The notes under the pieces were generated by a model. That model did not search any database. It was not told where the DNA came from and saw nothing but the letters and a program-made list of their open reading frames with translations. A stretch of 48,840 nt of DNA from Octopus bimaculoides (taxonomy: Eukaryota). The DNA is taken from positions 7,114,253 to 7,163,092 of the forward strand of contig NC_068982.1 of the NCBI RefSeq assembly GCF_001194135.2, given 5' to 3'. Position 1 is the first letter of the stretch. Each line of letters starts with the position of its first letter. A program made the position numbers and the translations under genes. Shown here in pieces: positions 1-13,669 of the stretch.

Positions 1-930
1 ATATATATAAATATACACGTACATATGTATGTATGTATGTATGTATGAATGTATATTACCAACCGGTGTATGTCACACTTAATATGTTATATTCGTATGT
101 TTATGCTGGAACAGTACACTTTTTGGGGCCAAAATGCATGTTTAGAATTTTCCAGTCTAATCTTCAGCAAAATATTATTATTAGAATGTTTTCACTGCTA
201 TGTTGTTATTTAACTAGGTGAACATCTTGAAATACTTGTTTGTTACTAATTTGTTATCACCGGACTTCAAATGTTTTCATCGTTGTCAAAATTATTCTTT
301 CAGCATTAAAAGAAATATTTTAGTTGTAGCGTCTGTTAATAGACTTTTACTAGGATACACACAACGTACTTAGCTTTGCGTTATACTTTGCTGTTAATAC
401 AGTTACCATCACTAATGTCATAGATTGTCTTTGTTGACATTTTTATATCACTTGTGTTAGCTATCAGTGTTTTCATACTGTTGTGTGTGTCCTGGATTCT
501 TGTGGTTCATGCATTATCAGTTGATGAGAAAGTGAGGTATATGTATATTCACAGAAACAGTAAAAAAGCATGAAGTTTACAATGTGCATGTTTACAATTG
601 AATTTATGCGGTGTATGGCCCCTAACAATGATATTTATCCGAACACTCATGACTGACAATAAGTTTAAGAAAAATAATGACAGGAAATTAATGAAACTCA
701 TTAAAAAATAAGAACAAGACGGGAATTAAACTTGCTCCATTAGCATATTACAAGACCGCGAAAATGTCTAATTGCTTTATCTTCAACAAACCACAAGCAT
801 GTATGACTGTAAACAAACTTTATAAAAGAAAGTAATAGATGTAACTCTAAGCATAAAAGTAGTGAAATGGTTGCTAAAATATTTCTATACATTGCATTTG
901 AACATTCAAGTAACAATATTGAAGTTGAAC

Positions 931-1136
931 AAGGCGGCGAACTGGCATGAACGTTAGCACGCCGGGTGAAATGCCTAGCGGTATTTCGTCGATCTTTACG
1001 TTCTGAGTTCAAATTCCACCGAGGTCGACTTTGCCTTTCGGGGTCGATAAATTAAGTACCAGTTGCGTATTAGGGTCGATCCAATAGACTGGCCCCTTTC
1101 CCAAAAATGTCGGGTCTTGTACCTAGATTAGAAATG
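931..1136 (+). mobile_element. tRNA-derived SINE (Octopus-type, starts GGCGGCGA), degenerate 16-bp TSD
   Basis: Paralogous to 2619-2831; B-box-like GAGTTCAAATTCC. Flanks aatattgaagttgaac (915-930) and aatatagatgttgaac (1137-1152). Confidence 0.85.
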
Positions 1137-2618
1137 AATATAGATGTTGAACGAAAAGCTAGCAACTAATTTACAATAATGTTTTATCATCGTATACTCC
1201 AGGCTTAAAAGAAATATTGTTACAGATATTTGAGCTTTTAACTCTTCGTATGTGCACTATTCTTTAACAACACTACGGGACGTTTGAGGGTTTACATGTA
1301 TTATTCAGTAATAATAAATTCAGGTATTTAATGATTGTTGTATACTCATTTATCTGTATGTATTTTTTAAAGTTATAACAGCATTCAGAAAGGAAAGGTT
1401 GTGTGTGAATAGGAGCGGAATGCAGTGTAATCATTTTTTACACTAATTTACATTAAGCATTCGGAAATGCATGAAGTTCTTGCAGCATTTTAATGTTTCA
1501 ATTCTTAAGATACATTTCAATGTTACAATTAATTCCAAGAACCTGCTATTTGCGTTTTATTTTCTTATCTGCTTCTGTTATAGCAGAATAATGCTTCCAA
1601 TATGGGACTGATTGTGATTAGAACTATTGTTACATCATCGCTTTAACGTGTGCTGTAATGCAGTAAACCATATTTAGAACGTCATACTGTTGACGCTGTT
1701 ATGTGTTATATAATAACTAACTGCTGAGATGTGACAATTGATCAATACGCTCATTGCTTTGTTTTCTGTTTTCTGTTAGTCGCTATTGTACGTTCACATT
1801 ATGCTGAGATCGGCATATGTTTTTCAACTGCGTGTGTTGAAATAAATAAATGTAAAAAAATAAACCTGATTTTCTTTTTAACTACTCTGTTCAAAAGTCA
1901 TACATTATTTAAATAAATTCGCTTGTGCGATGTTGAAGTAATTCGCGGTTATAATTGTTTCTCACAAAGAAAGAGAATGAAATGGATTATTTTGATAGCA
2001 AATGTTTTGAAAACAGGTATGTATGTATATTCGTATAAATATTACGTATACACGTATACACGTAAACACGTACATACATACATACATACATACATACATA
2101 CATACATACATACATACATACATACATACATACATACATACCTATATGCTTATACAGGCAATCGACCTAGCGGGATAACAGAGTCCGTGGCCAAACCTAT
2201 TGAAATCTTGTATTTGCTAGGGTTTCAGTTACAAACTATAAGATTATGTGTCAGTTGATACAATCTCGGTATACTATTGGCTTTAAGGTTATTGATCTCC
2301 ACCTCAGAAAAATGAAAAGTAATGATGCTTCATCCGTTTGAATTGAATTGGCAATAAGATGTAGAACATCTGGCCTGCTTTCCTACTGTGTCTAGCATCT
2401 CATACACAGATTATTACAATATGAATAGCTGTGAATTTGTGTGATCCTTAAGACATTCCATGTTCCCTATAATTTTGAAACAAAGTTTGTATAGTGGGAG
2501 TCTTTATGCTAAGGGTTTTGAATTAGAAGTTGTGATTTCAACTATTATCACAGTCTTAACTGTGCTTACCTGTTGCTAACTGTCGTCACATAGTGTCGCA
2601 ATATTGGTATTCAGGTAA

Positions 2619-2831
2619 AGGCGGCGAGCTGGCAGAAACGTTAGCACGCCGGGCGAAATGCTTAGCGGTATTTCATCTGTCTTTACGTTCTGAGTTCAAA
2701 TTCCGCCGAGGTTGACTTTGCCTTTCATCCTTTCGAGGTTGATAAATTAAGTACCAGTTGCATACTGGGGTCGATCTAATCGACTGGCACCCTGCTCCAA
2801 AATTCAGAGCCTTGTGCCTAGAGTAGAAAAG
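2619..2831 (+). mobile_element. Full-length tRNA-derived SINE with perfect 19-bp TSD
   Basis: aatattggtattcaggtaa at 2600-2618 and 2832-2850; B-box-like GAGTTCAAATTCC. Confidence 0.92.
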
Positions 2832-3756
2832 AATATTGGTATTCAGGTAACACTAACTTTTACGGACACTGATGGACGAGAGCGTCTTGTAATATGCATT
2901 AATTTATTAGCACGAACTGCAAAACCCTGCATCCGCCAGCTTGGTTTACTGGCACCTTGCACGGCGTGCTAGTACTTTGTAAAGTACAGTATTAATAAAC
3001 TTGGATCATTTACACAAATGTACAAGTACCTGTATTTATTTAATTGTGTAAGTGAATTTAATATTTGCTTAATTTAGAGTGTTGACTAAGGTGACCACAC
3101 CTTGACTGCAAAACTCATTAAACTCTTGCAATCAAAGATTCAGGTAAATCAATACAGTACTATAAAATAGAAACACTTTGATAAATATTTTAGGGAAGAA
3201 GCAAACTTGACCCTAATCCATATTGCATCGGTTCCGATATCACGAAGTGCAAATTCAACCTGTCTTAATTTTACTTACAATGTGGAATGCGTAAATGTTT
3301 TTTTGTTACTATGTCTAATGTAGAGTAACCAATATTTATGATTACAATTTGAAACATTATTGCTGCGAGAATTTTGATTAATTAAAATTTATATAAATAT
3401 CGGTGCAATTTTAATACATGATTTTAACGTTCAGTAATTGATATGGTAAAGAAGCCACTATATTGTCTACATTCTGCATTCTGCAACTGTACACTCCGAT
3501 AAACGTTTTAGCTTGAAGAGAATTCAATTTTGTTCATCGAAAATGTAAACCATGATGAATCTGGATTTGTGACCCATTATAATCTCCGGCATGAACGACA
3601 ACTTCACTATATTTAAGCGATTAATACACTTACTAAGGGGAGTTTCTTTCATTATTTTGTGAAGGTTATTTATACAGATTTTCTGTAGATATAGCGAGCA
3701 CTGATTTTCTGTTGCTGCAACATTTCGTATCGATACGTCAGATGTAAAACACCCGA

Positions 3757-4380
3757 AATATGGCATATACACTCATTACCCATTTTTGTCTTCGATTTGA
3801 TTGTTTGTTTACATCTGGCGTCTCGATATGAAACGTTATAGCAAAATAAAATCAGTTCTGGCTATAATTTCTATGAAATATCTGTAGAGATAACCTTAAC
3901 AAGTAATGTAAAATCGCACTGCTAACACAGTAGAACTTATAAAACGAAATACCACGTACCTACAACTCATTAATGTTTACGTAGCAGTTCCAGGAATACG
4001 TTTAATGTGTAAACTGATATATCCAATAACTTAACACCGCTGTATGTGATGGTTATATAAGCAATGTGTTCGGATGCGAGAATAAGTTACATAGGTGCTT
4101 GTGAAGGGGAAAATAGCCATGTAATATGGCATATACACTCATTACCCATTTTTGTTTTCGATCGTTTACATCTGACGTTTCGATTCGAAACGTTGTAGCC
4201 AAAAACCTAGTGCTGGCTATAATTTCTATGGAATATCTGTTTGAAGAACCTTAACAAAAATAATGTAAAAAGCACTGCTAACACAGCAGAACACAGTATT
4301 GACTTATAAAAACAGTCAATATACTTTATAGCATATCGTCGTTGTCCAACGAAATACCACGTACTTACAACTCATTAATA
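3757..4380. repeat. Local direct duplication (~220-260 bp): 3757-3973 and 4123-4380
   Basis: Both copies start aatatggcatatacactcattacccattttt and end aacgaaataccacgtac(c/t)tacaactcattaat. Confidence 0.85.
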
Positions 4381-5550
4381 TTCTTTTAGGCCCCTACAAT
4401 ATTTGATGGCGTTTGAGTCAGAGAAGAGAAAAAGAAATTCATTTTCGCATACGTGTATCAAAGTTGCATTGAAAACTGTCAAGTACGGGGTAATCGACAG
4501 AGAAATCAATTTTCTGTCAGTGATCCAATCCCTAATTGAAACAATTTCATTACTCTCACGTCTCCGATATCTTGCGAAATTAATAAACATCCTGATATGT
4601 AAGTTCTCTTCTCCTAAACATATAGGATTTTTATGCTAAGTCAAATCTACAACAATATCGAGCAAAACGTGAGATACCAAAGAAATGAAATGGTTCGGTT
4701 TCGAAAGAGAGGTAAATGTAATTAATTTTCATTGCGAAAACTTGGACAAAGAGGGATGGCATGGATTCTGTAATCACTGCTTTCCTCCACCTTTTAGAAT
4801 AAAGGATATCAGTACCTAATCAAATGACATGTGCGATCGATAACTGTACTTTAAGTTACTTTCAATAAATTTGCAATATCACTGAATGCATTTATCTTCT
4901 GTCTAAAGATTCACGTATATTAGCTATTTAATAAAAGGTACAAAAATATATCAACAGAGAACGTACCATTGCGCTGAAGCTAAACTTTGAAGTAGAAATA
5001 AAATTTAATAATAAACTCGACGATTATTACGCTTGTGTATATATTTGACCCTTTAGCGTTTACATTAGTCTGTCAAAAGTAATGCTTATTTATTTATGTT
5101 TTGATTTAATTGTTCGTTTTCTTGTAGCCATAAGATTTCGACGAGATAACTGTACATTTTTAGAATGGTCAGTTTCAATATAAAACAGGTAGAATATTTG
5201 GACCTGATATGGCCTGTTTCCACATTAAAGAACTATTACCGCAAGCACATAAACACGGACGCATACTCAGGCGCACAAATGCGAAGTCACGTGTTAAAGT
5301 GGCCAGACTCGGTATACAAACTCTATATACCAACTCTCTCTCCTCATACACTTTAATTCGTGTACTGTGGTACACATACATACATGCATACATAAATGCA
5401 TACATACATGCATACATACATGCATACATACATATATACATACATACATACATACATACGTACATACAAGTCACTAAGGAATGTATTGAAAATACAATAA
5501 ATATTGGAAACAATAAAAATAGAGAATATAAATACTTTATCAATTATTTA

Positions 5551-5774
5551 CATAATCCTTCGACTATTGCCGATGTTACGTTCCAAAACTTCTCACGACA
5601 GGTAAAAAATATAAATACCTCTTGGCCGCAGAGACCCGCGATATACTGTGGGGACCGCGATATAAATTTATATGTACAAGCCAGAAAAATCCGCGATGTA
5701 CTGACTGTGTGATAGGTGAACCGCGATGTACTGAATGCGCGAGAGGTGAACCACGTTATGGCGAGGGAATGCTG
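5551..5774. mobile_element. Tigger/pogo-like MITE with imperfect TIRs and TA flanks
   Basis: 5' ta|cataatccttcgactattg vs 3' gttatggcgagggaatgctg|ta; internal (gtgaa)ccgcgatgtactga repeats. Confidence 0.6.
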
Positions 5775-5929
5775 TAATCGATTAAAATTTGAAGAACATA
5801 TATTAGTCTTCAAATTCTTCATTTTAATTACTGTACAAATGGAAATGAAATGGTTTTATACTTGCCTCTGAGTGTATGTATATGTGTCTTTCTGTCTCTG
5901 TTTCTGTCTATAATGTTATTCAATAAAGC

Positions 5930-6416
5930 CACCTTCAGCTTCAACAACTGCTACTATATGAGATCTAAATCTTCTATATCCTCGAATCAAGTGATCCTGG
6001 TTCGTTTTGTACATTACTCTGACTATGACAGCTTTCAAAGAATCTTTGGTGATACGGGCATGTGCATTGACCTCTCTCAACAACGCTCCAGATGTAATAG
6101 TTCAATGGATTGAGATTTGAGGAATTAGGAAGCCAAATGTTAAGGTGTATGTGATCATGAAGATTTTCAGCCATCCATTCCTGTGTTACTAGAGCCATGT
6201 GTGATAGTCCAGAGTCTTACTGAAACACATATGGTCTTCCATTGCATGCACTGTCTATCCACGGCTTAACAATTAGTCCCAGGACCTCAATATAGGCAGC
6301 AAAGTTAACTCTAAGGCCTTGTGGAAAGAAGTAAGGAGGCATCACATGTCCTTCATTGCTAACAACCACTAAAACCATGAAAGTTGCAGGATATTTTGTA
6401 TGCATAACACTTGGAT
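5930..6416 (-). mobile_element. Tc1/mariner DD37D (maT-type) transposase C-terminal fragment
   Basis: VMHTKYPATFMVLVVVSNEGHVMPPYFFPQGLRV...KPWIDS...YVFQ*DSGLSHMALVTQEWMAENLHDHIHLNIWLPNSSNLNPLNYYIWSVVE. There are 37 residues between the second D and the third position (mutated D->N). Confidence 0.85.
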
Positions 6417-6558
6417 TATATATATATATATATATATATNNNNNNNNNNTGTATGTGCACGTGAGTATTTGTGTGTGCACGCACGCTCATCCGTGTCTGT
6501 GCGCGCGCATGTGTGTATGCGCTTGCGTGTGCCGGCGTGCGCGTGCGTTTTTGCGTAG

Positions 6559-6596
<38 letters not shown>

Positions 6597-7026
6597 GTGT
6601 GTGTGCATGTGTGTGCGTGTTTACTTGTTTCAGTCCACTGGACTACGGTCATACTGGAGCAATGCTTTGAAAGGTTTAGCCGCAATAATCGAAGCCCAGT
6701 GCTGATTCTTATTCCATCAGAATTCTTTTTTTGTCTCGAACTGTTAAATAACGAAGGCGAAAACACAGCAACATGGGTTATCAAGAACACGTATACATGT
6801 ATATATTTACGAAGTTCTGTTATGATTGCATGCAGGTATGAATGACTAAACATGTATATAAACACACACACATACACACACACACACACACAGACACACA
6901 CACACACACATATGTGTATACCATTTAGACATATATGCATGCTTGCCTAACACAAACATCTTACATATAAATAAAACAATAACTATAATACAGAAAATAT
7001 ATATATGCAATAGAATATATTATGGC

Positions 7027-7028
<2 letters not shown>

Positions 7029-7058
<30 letters not shown>

Positions 7059-7196
7059 AAGAAGAAGAAGAAGAAGAAGAAGAAGAAGAAGAAGAAGAAG
7101 AAGAAGAAGAAGAAGAAGAAGAAGAAGAAGAAGAAGAAGAAGAAGAAGAAGAAGAAGAAGAAGAAGAAGAAGAAGAAGAAGAAGAAGAAGAAGAAG
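7029..7196 (+). repeat. (AAG)n microsatellite, ~55 units
   Basis: Directly visible. Confidence 0.98.
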
Positions 7197-8137
7197 CGAT
7201 AGTTACATTTACTCCTTTACATACAATAAATTTTTAGAACAGAGTGAAATTTTGTAAAGTTTCCGCAAAACGTGAGAAAATGAAAGTCAAAATCAAATTG
7301 CCAGACAATTTAAATGTGAACATAAAACTTTGCGTAGTTTGCTAGAATGTCGTAAAATGATCATAAAACATATTCTAGAGAATTATGATATAACAAAATA
7401 ATGTAGTATCTAACATCCTAATGGAGCAGAACACAATATGATTTAACATTTAATATGTCGTCGTTTTAGAAAATGGGAAAAAAGCGTATGAAACGTCTAT
7501 GCGAATATGTGTCGTGCGTGTATATTAGTTTAAAGTGTACATATCCCATATACAGTATGAGAGTTAAAGTAGCAAATAATACTTTATAAAGTGACTACTA
7601 TATATTGTATACTATACGATAAAATTTGTGATAGAGCAGTGATATCCAAAGTGGGTGGTATTGTTCCTCTTTGGGTAGCAAGATCCAATTGTGTGTTGAA
7701 TAAAAGTGGTGTCCATAATGGGGTGGCCAAGAGAGGGCGATGGATGTTAATACGACGAAATAGAAGGTTGGGTGCAGTTTTATTCGTAAGACATATTTGT
7801 TTTGAATTTGACGCAAAAAGTGATTTATGTGTATGGTAGTGACTGGAGGAGGCACTAGTGGTCCTGGTGGTCCTGGTGCTGCTCGAAAATGTTTTGCAAC
7901 AACTGCGATAGAATAAACTCTTTTTCTTAAAAAACACCTCAATACATATACAGAAGTGTCCAGGTTTTTGTTTATGCATGCTTTTCTTTTAAGAGCATCT
8001 GTGGATTTTATTTATTGTGTGACACCATTAGATTATTACCCAATACAGAAACATATGCAACAGATAAAATAAAGGAATGCCGAATTCATTCACGCTCGTA
8101 TTTATTCTCTCATTTGACATGTATGTGTGTGTGTGTT

Positions 8138-8255
<118 letters not shown>

Positions 8256-8343
8256 TAGATTGAAGATGAATATGGTCCTTAAGTTTAGGCACCAGAATTA
8301 AGTATGGTCTTATCTACACAATTCCAAAATAAGGTGATTAAAT

Positions 8344-8842
8344 TCAAAATAAGTAACAAGGATATGCAAAGTTAATGCAGTACGATCGTTTTATGCGGCT
8401 CCATTTATTTAAGCAATGTGAACATTACGCGAAATGTAAAATGCAGAGCAATCCTCAGCTGCACAAAGATATAGAAATTTACTGAAATTTAATTTCAACA
8501 GAAGGACATATTTTTGTAATTACATTTAAACTCTCCAAGTAGAAAGGAAGAATGCAAAAAGCCATTAGGACTTAGCCAAACCACCAAACCATACAAGCTG
8601 TATGGTCTGGCTAAGTCAAAATGGTTTTTTGTATTCTTCCTTTCTACTTGGAGAGTTTAGATGTAGTTACAAAAATATGTCCTTCTGTTGAAATTAAATT
8701 TCAGTAAATTTCTATATTTTTGAGCAGCTGAGGATTGCTCTATATTTTACATTTGATGTAATGTTCACATTGCTTAAATAAATGGAGCCGCATAAAACGA
8801 TCGTACTGCGTTAAGTTTGGATATCCTCGTTGCTTATTTTGA
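8344..8842. repeat. ~500-bp near-perfect palindrome (fold-back/MITE-like), centre at 8597
   Basis: Left arm tcaaaataag...cagtacgatcgttttatgcggctccatttatttaagc...ccataca; loop agc; the right arm is its reverse complement. Confidence 0.95.
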
Positions 8843-9988
8843 TATATATATATATATATATATATATANNNNNNNNNNNNNNNNNNNNNNNNNNNNNNNN
8901 NNNNNNNNNNNNNNNNNNNNNNNNNNNNNNNNNNNNNNNNNNNNNNNNNNNNNNNNNNNNNNNNNNNNNNNNNNNNNNNNNNNNNNNNNNNNNNNNNNNN
9001 NNNNNNNNNNNNNNNNNNNNNNNNNNNNNNNNNNNNNNNNNNNNNNNNNNNNNNNNNNNNNNNNNNNNNNNNNNNNNNNNNNNNNNNNNNNNNNNNNNNN
9101 NNNNNNNNNNNNNNNNNNNNNNNNNNNNNNNNNNNNNNNNNNNNNNNNNNNNNNNNNNNNNNNNNNNNNNNNNNNNNNNNNNNNNNNNNNNNNNNNNNNN
9201 NNNNNNNNNNNNNNNNNNNNNNNNNNNNNNNNNNNNNNNNNNNNNNNNNNNNNNNNNNNNNNNNNNNNNNNNNNNNNNNNNNNNNNNNNNNNNNNNNNNN
9301 NNNNNNNNNNNNNNNNNNNNNNNNNNNNNNNNNNNNNNNNNNNNNNNNNNNNNNNNNNNNNNNNNNNNNNNNNNNNNNNNNNNNNNNNNNNNNNNNNNNN
9401 NNNNNNNNNNNNNNNNNNNNNNNNNNNNNNNNNNNNNNNNNNNNNNNNNNNNNNNNNNNNNNNNNNNNNNNNNNNNNNNATATATATATATTTACATATT
9501 TAACTACACGCATTTACATACACACATAGTACAGATATGTGTGTGTATGTGTGTAGAATCCGATGTGCTTCCAGCAAAATATCTGTAGCAGCGGGACACG
9601 CCCATTTACTTTCAAATTTCACCCACGCCTACTTTCCGTTTCATCTTACAAATGACGATATATTAAGCACCCGTTAAATCTGAAGCATTGGAGATGGCTG
9701 TAGCAAAGAATTAGCTAAATAGCAATTACGAAGCATGGCGATGCAATTTCTAATGTCTGAGACCACAACAAAACGCGAAATTAAGACCCTCTACCCCTTT
9801 TATAACATTTTCCCAATCCCTGGAATAAATTACAAAGGCACAGGTGACTTAATAACATTAAATTTCACAATTCCTTCCAAGGTCTATATATCTGTGCATC
9901 TGTGTACGTATTTCAATATTTAAGCGCAGAAAGAGATGGAGAGAGGGAGATAGAGAAAGAGAGAGAGGGATAGGGTAGAGAGAGGCAC

Positions 9989-10056
<68 letters not shown>

Positions 10057-10224
10057 TGATTGATTACCCTGTTTTGATAATCTGTAGGTGACTTTTGTCT
10101 ACTACTACGACATTTTCGATTTAAACCACATTGCATGGTTAGGAGATATTATGTCCGCACAATCCCGCAGTTAATTTGCCTTTCGTGATGTATTTGTATA
10201 ATAAATGATACACATGGCAATATA

Positions 10225-10265
<41 letters not shown>

Positions 10266-11198
10266 GTATTTATTTTCTCCTAATTAATAAATAACTCGGA
10301 CAAAATAAATTGGATAATACATACCAGGGTAGCAAAGATCACAAAATAACTGTGGTGTAACTCCTGTTTATGAGGTAGAAACTCCTTGATATTTTGGGTA
10401 CTTGAGTACATATAAATTTAATGAATGGAATAAAACGCATATTTTAACTGCATTCTTCGAAACATATGTCGGAAATTAAAGTATGCAGTTAAAATATGCG
10501 TTTTACTCCATTCATTAAATTTACATATGTATNNNNNNNNNNNNNNNNNNNNNNNNNNNNNNNNNNNNNNNNNNNNNNNNNNNNNNNNNNNNNNNNNNNN
10601 NNNNNNNNNNNNNNNNNNNNNNNNNNNNNNNNNNNNNNNNNNNNNNNNNNNNNNNNNNNNNNNNNNNNNNNNNNNNNNNNNNNNNNNNNNNNNNNNNNNN
10701 NNNNNNNNNNNNNNNNNNNNNNNNNNNNNNNNNNNNNNNNNNNNNNNNNNNNNNNNNNNNNNNNNNNNNNNNNNNNNNNNNNNNNNNNNNNNNNNNNNNN
10801 NNNNNNNNNNNNNNNNNNNNNNNNNNNNNNNNNNNNNNNNNNNNNNNNNNNNNNNNNNNNNNNNNNNNNNNNNNNNNNNNNNNNNNNNNNNNNNNNNNNN
10901 NNNNNNNNNNNNNNNNNNNNNNNNNNNNNNNNNNNNNNNNNNNNNNNNNNNNNNNNNNNNNNNNNNNNNNNNNNNNNNNNNNNNNNNNNNNNNNNNNNNN
11001 NNNNNNNNNNNNNNNNNNNNNNNNNNNNNNNNNNNNNNNNNNNNNNNNNNNNNNNNNNNNNNNNNNNNNNNNNNNNNNNNNNNNNNNNNNNNNNNNNNNN
11101 NNNNNNNNNNNNNNNNNNNNNNNNNNNNNNNNNNNNNNNNNNNNNNNNNNNNNNNNNNNNNNNNNNNNNNNNNNNNNNNNNNNNNNNNNNNNNNNNNN

Positions 11199-11260
<62 letters not shown>

Positions 11261-12349
11261 TGTGTGTGAGTGTGCGTGTGTGTGTGTGTGTATTCATGTG
11301 CATGTGAGTAAACAGACTTTGAGGTGTTTGATATTCATGTGTTTCAGAGATTATTGGTTGCGTAGGAGTAAAGAATCTATAGTGAAGTCAAATCAATCGT
11401 AATATTACACCTCACATCATATATGGAATTATTTGCGTTTATACTTGTATGTGTCTGCATATTTCGATTGTTTTGCATCACGTCTACGATATCATAACAA
11501 TTCCGTGGGGGTGCCGTAGGAAACATAACCTGTTCACTTCCATCAGGAATTTATTCTTAGAACACATCTGCATATAATTTTTGTTAATAAAATCGACCTT
11601 GAAGCCTCAATTTCTCTCTGTATATTATCTATCCATCCATCTATCTCTTTTTCTGTATTCATCGATATGCACCCCTCTCTATTCATCCATCTCGATTCAG
11701 TTACCCACCTTTTTTATGTAGATATATTCATATTTGTAGATTGTAGATATATTTGTATTAGATTTGAGAATTACACACACACACACACACAACCACACCA
11801 CACACACACTCATACAATACCTTCACATTTTGGCAAAGTAGATTGTTTAATCATTATACGAGAATGACATTTTCATTGTTCTCAAACCTGACCTTATTTT
11901 AGGTGCCAATGCCAAGTCGACAGTGATCTAATGATCTAAGCTGTGATTGTGTTTGTAAATTTCTTATCAATTACGAGTATATTTTATAATCATTTCTACG
12001 TCAATCAGGCAAAGCTGCAAAGATCCACCTACATACGGTGTAAAAATACTCTCATTACCGAGCTTTACCTGTATCCCGGTAGTTTCCAAACTCCGGAAAT
12101 ATATTTTGGATTCCCTAAAATGTGATGAAATGCGCATTTAGGATTATTTTGAATAGCCAAATATTGCGGAGGATATGAAGAGCTCGATTCTGATGACATA
12201 TATGTATATTGCTTGCAGCTAAATAAACGATAAACACGTCAAATTCTATCCCAAACATCATTCAAGTAGGGAAGAATACAAGCACATTGCATTTGTAATA
12301 TATTGCAGAGTAGAGTTTCTAAATCTAAGAAATTTCAAGAGCAGCAATT

Positions 12350-12503
12350 TCTGATATCGGTTTCAAATTTTGGCACAAGACCAGCAACTTCATGGTGGGT
12401 GGGGGTGGAGAGTAATTAGAATACATCGACCCCAGTGCCTAATTGGTACATATATTATCAAACCCAAATGACGTCGTGCTACCGATTCTGCCAGCTCTCC
12501 GCC
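12350..12503 (-). mobile_element. Decayed, internally deleted copy of the GGCGGCGA SINE
   Basis: attctgccagctctccgcc is the reverse complement of the SINE head; atcgaccccagtg...ggtac matches the body. Confidence 0.7.
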
Positions 12504-13054
12504 TACAATTTCTTGTATTAACTGAGCGTGTTATTCATTAATCATGGGCATACTGGAATGCTACCTTTCTTCTTTATATGTATATACATATATACTTATA
12601 AACACACGCACAGCAAGCACACATTCGCGCACGCAAACACACACATAAGCAGGATTAAGATGAAGTAGGAATAAGTGAAAACACTCCCATAAGTAATCGG
12701 CTATCAGTTCACAGAGTAATTAAATGAAGGCGTACTTTAACTTGTCTCTGTAAACGAAACCCCAAGATATACAAGATGTATATAATTCCATGAGAATTAA
12801 ATAATAACAATAAATGAAGAGGCAAAAGGTATATGTTCAGATGAGTTTGATTACTTAATTGTACTTCTCTATACAATTGTGTTATATAAGGTTAAGTATA
12901 CATATTTATGTAAGATGTACGTATATAATTTTCAATGATGCAATTGATAATACTATTTGGAGATTACGTAACGGTTGTAATCATATTGAAATCATATGGA
13001 GATAATAAGTGTGTATTTAACTCTCATACCTACTGATTTTACATTTATATTATT

Positions 13055-13390
13055 GGCGCATGGATCGATGGTTAGAACGTCGAACTCACAATCATGAGGA
13101 GGTGAGTTCGATTACCGGACCAGGCTGTGTGTTCCGTCCTTGAGTAAGGCATTTTATTTCATGTTGCTCAGTTCGCTCAGTTGTAGAAATGAACTGCGAC
13201 GTCACTGGTGCCAAGCTGTATCGGCCCCTTTGCATTTCTCTTGGATAACATCGGTGGCGTGGAGATGGGAGACTAGTATGCATGGGTGACTGCTGGTCTT
13301 CAATAAATAACCTTGCCCGGGCATGTTCCTCGGGGGGATAACTTTCTCGGTGAGATCCCATGGTAATTCATGTCCAAACGGGGTCTTTTA
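13055..13390 (+). mobile_element. Second tRNA-derived SINE family copy
   Basis: tRNA-like head ggcgcatgg...gatggttagaac...gagttcgattaccgg followed by a ~270-bp body. Confidence 0.7.
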
Positions 13391-13529
13391 CCCTTCATAC
13401 TTATATATAGAGATAGATAGAAAATCGATACATATATTTTTACTTATATACATATATATATATAATGGTATATAATACCATGGTGATCACTTATGGTGAT
13501 CACCGTGCAATGACTAATGAAAATAGTTT

Positions 13530-13669
13530 AATAACGGGGGCATAAGCCCTCGACATCAAATAGAAAGTTTTCCTATCCGTGTGTAAAGGTAACAAAGAGA
13601 TGTGGGCTCGTGTCCCACGCGGATAGGAAAGTCTTTTTTTTCTGTTGAGGGCTTATATGCTCCGTTATT
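13530..13669. repeat. 140-bp hairpin/MITE-like element with ~50-bp imperfect inverted arms
   Basis: aataacgggggcataagccctcgaca...ttcctatccgtgtg vs cacgcggataggaaag...tgttgagggcttatatgctccgttatt. Confidence 0.8.

Larger units (their letters stand above)
218..5311 (+). other. Speculative multi-exon host-gene segment (membrane-protein-like), not identified
   Basis: AG/GT-bounded, phase-compatible open segments: 218-365, 461-536 (ISVFILLCVSWILVVHAL), 1970-2016, 2158-2249, 2594-2614 and 5164-5311 (NGQFQYKTGRIFGPDMACFHIKELL...). No homology recognised, and such chains can arise by chance. Confidence 0.2.

Noticed and set aside
6943-7257. Poly-Arg ORF
   Set aside because: Translation of the (AAG)n microsatellite.
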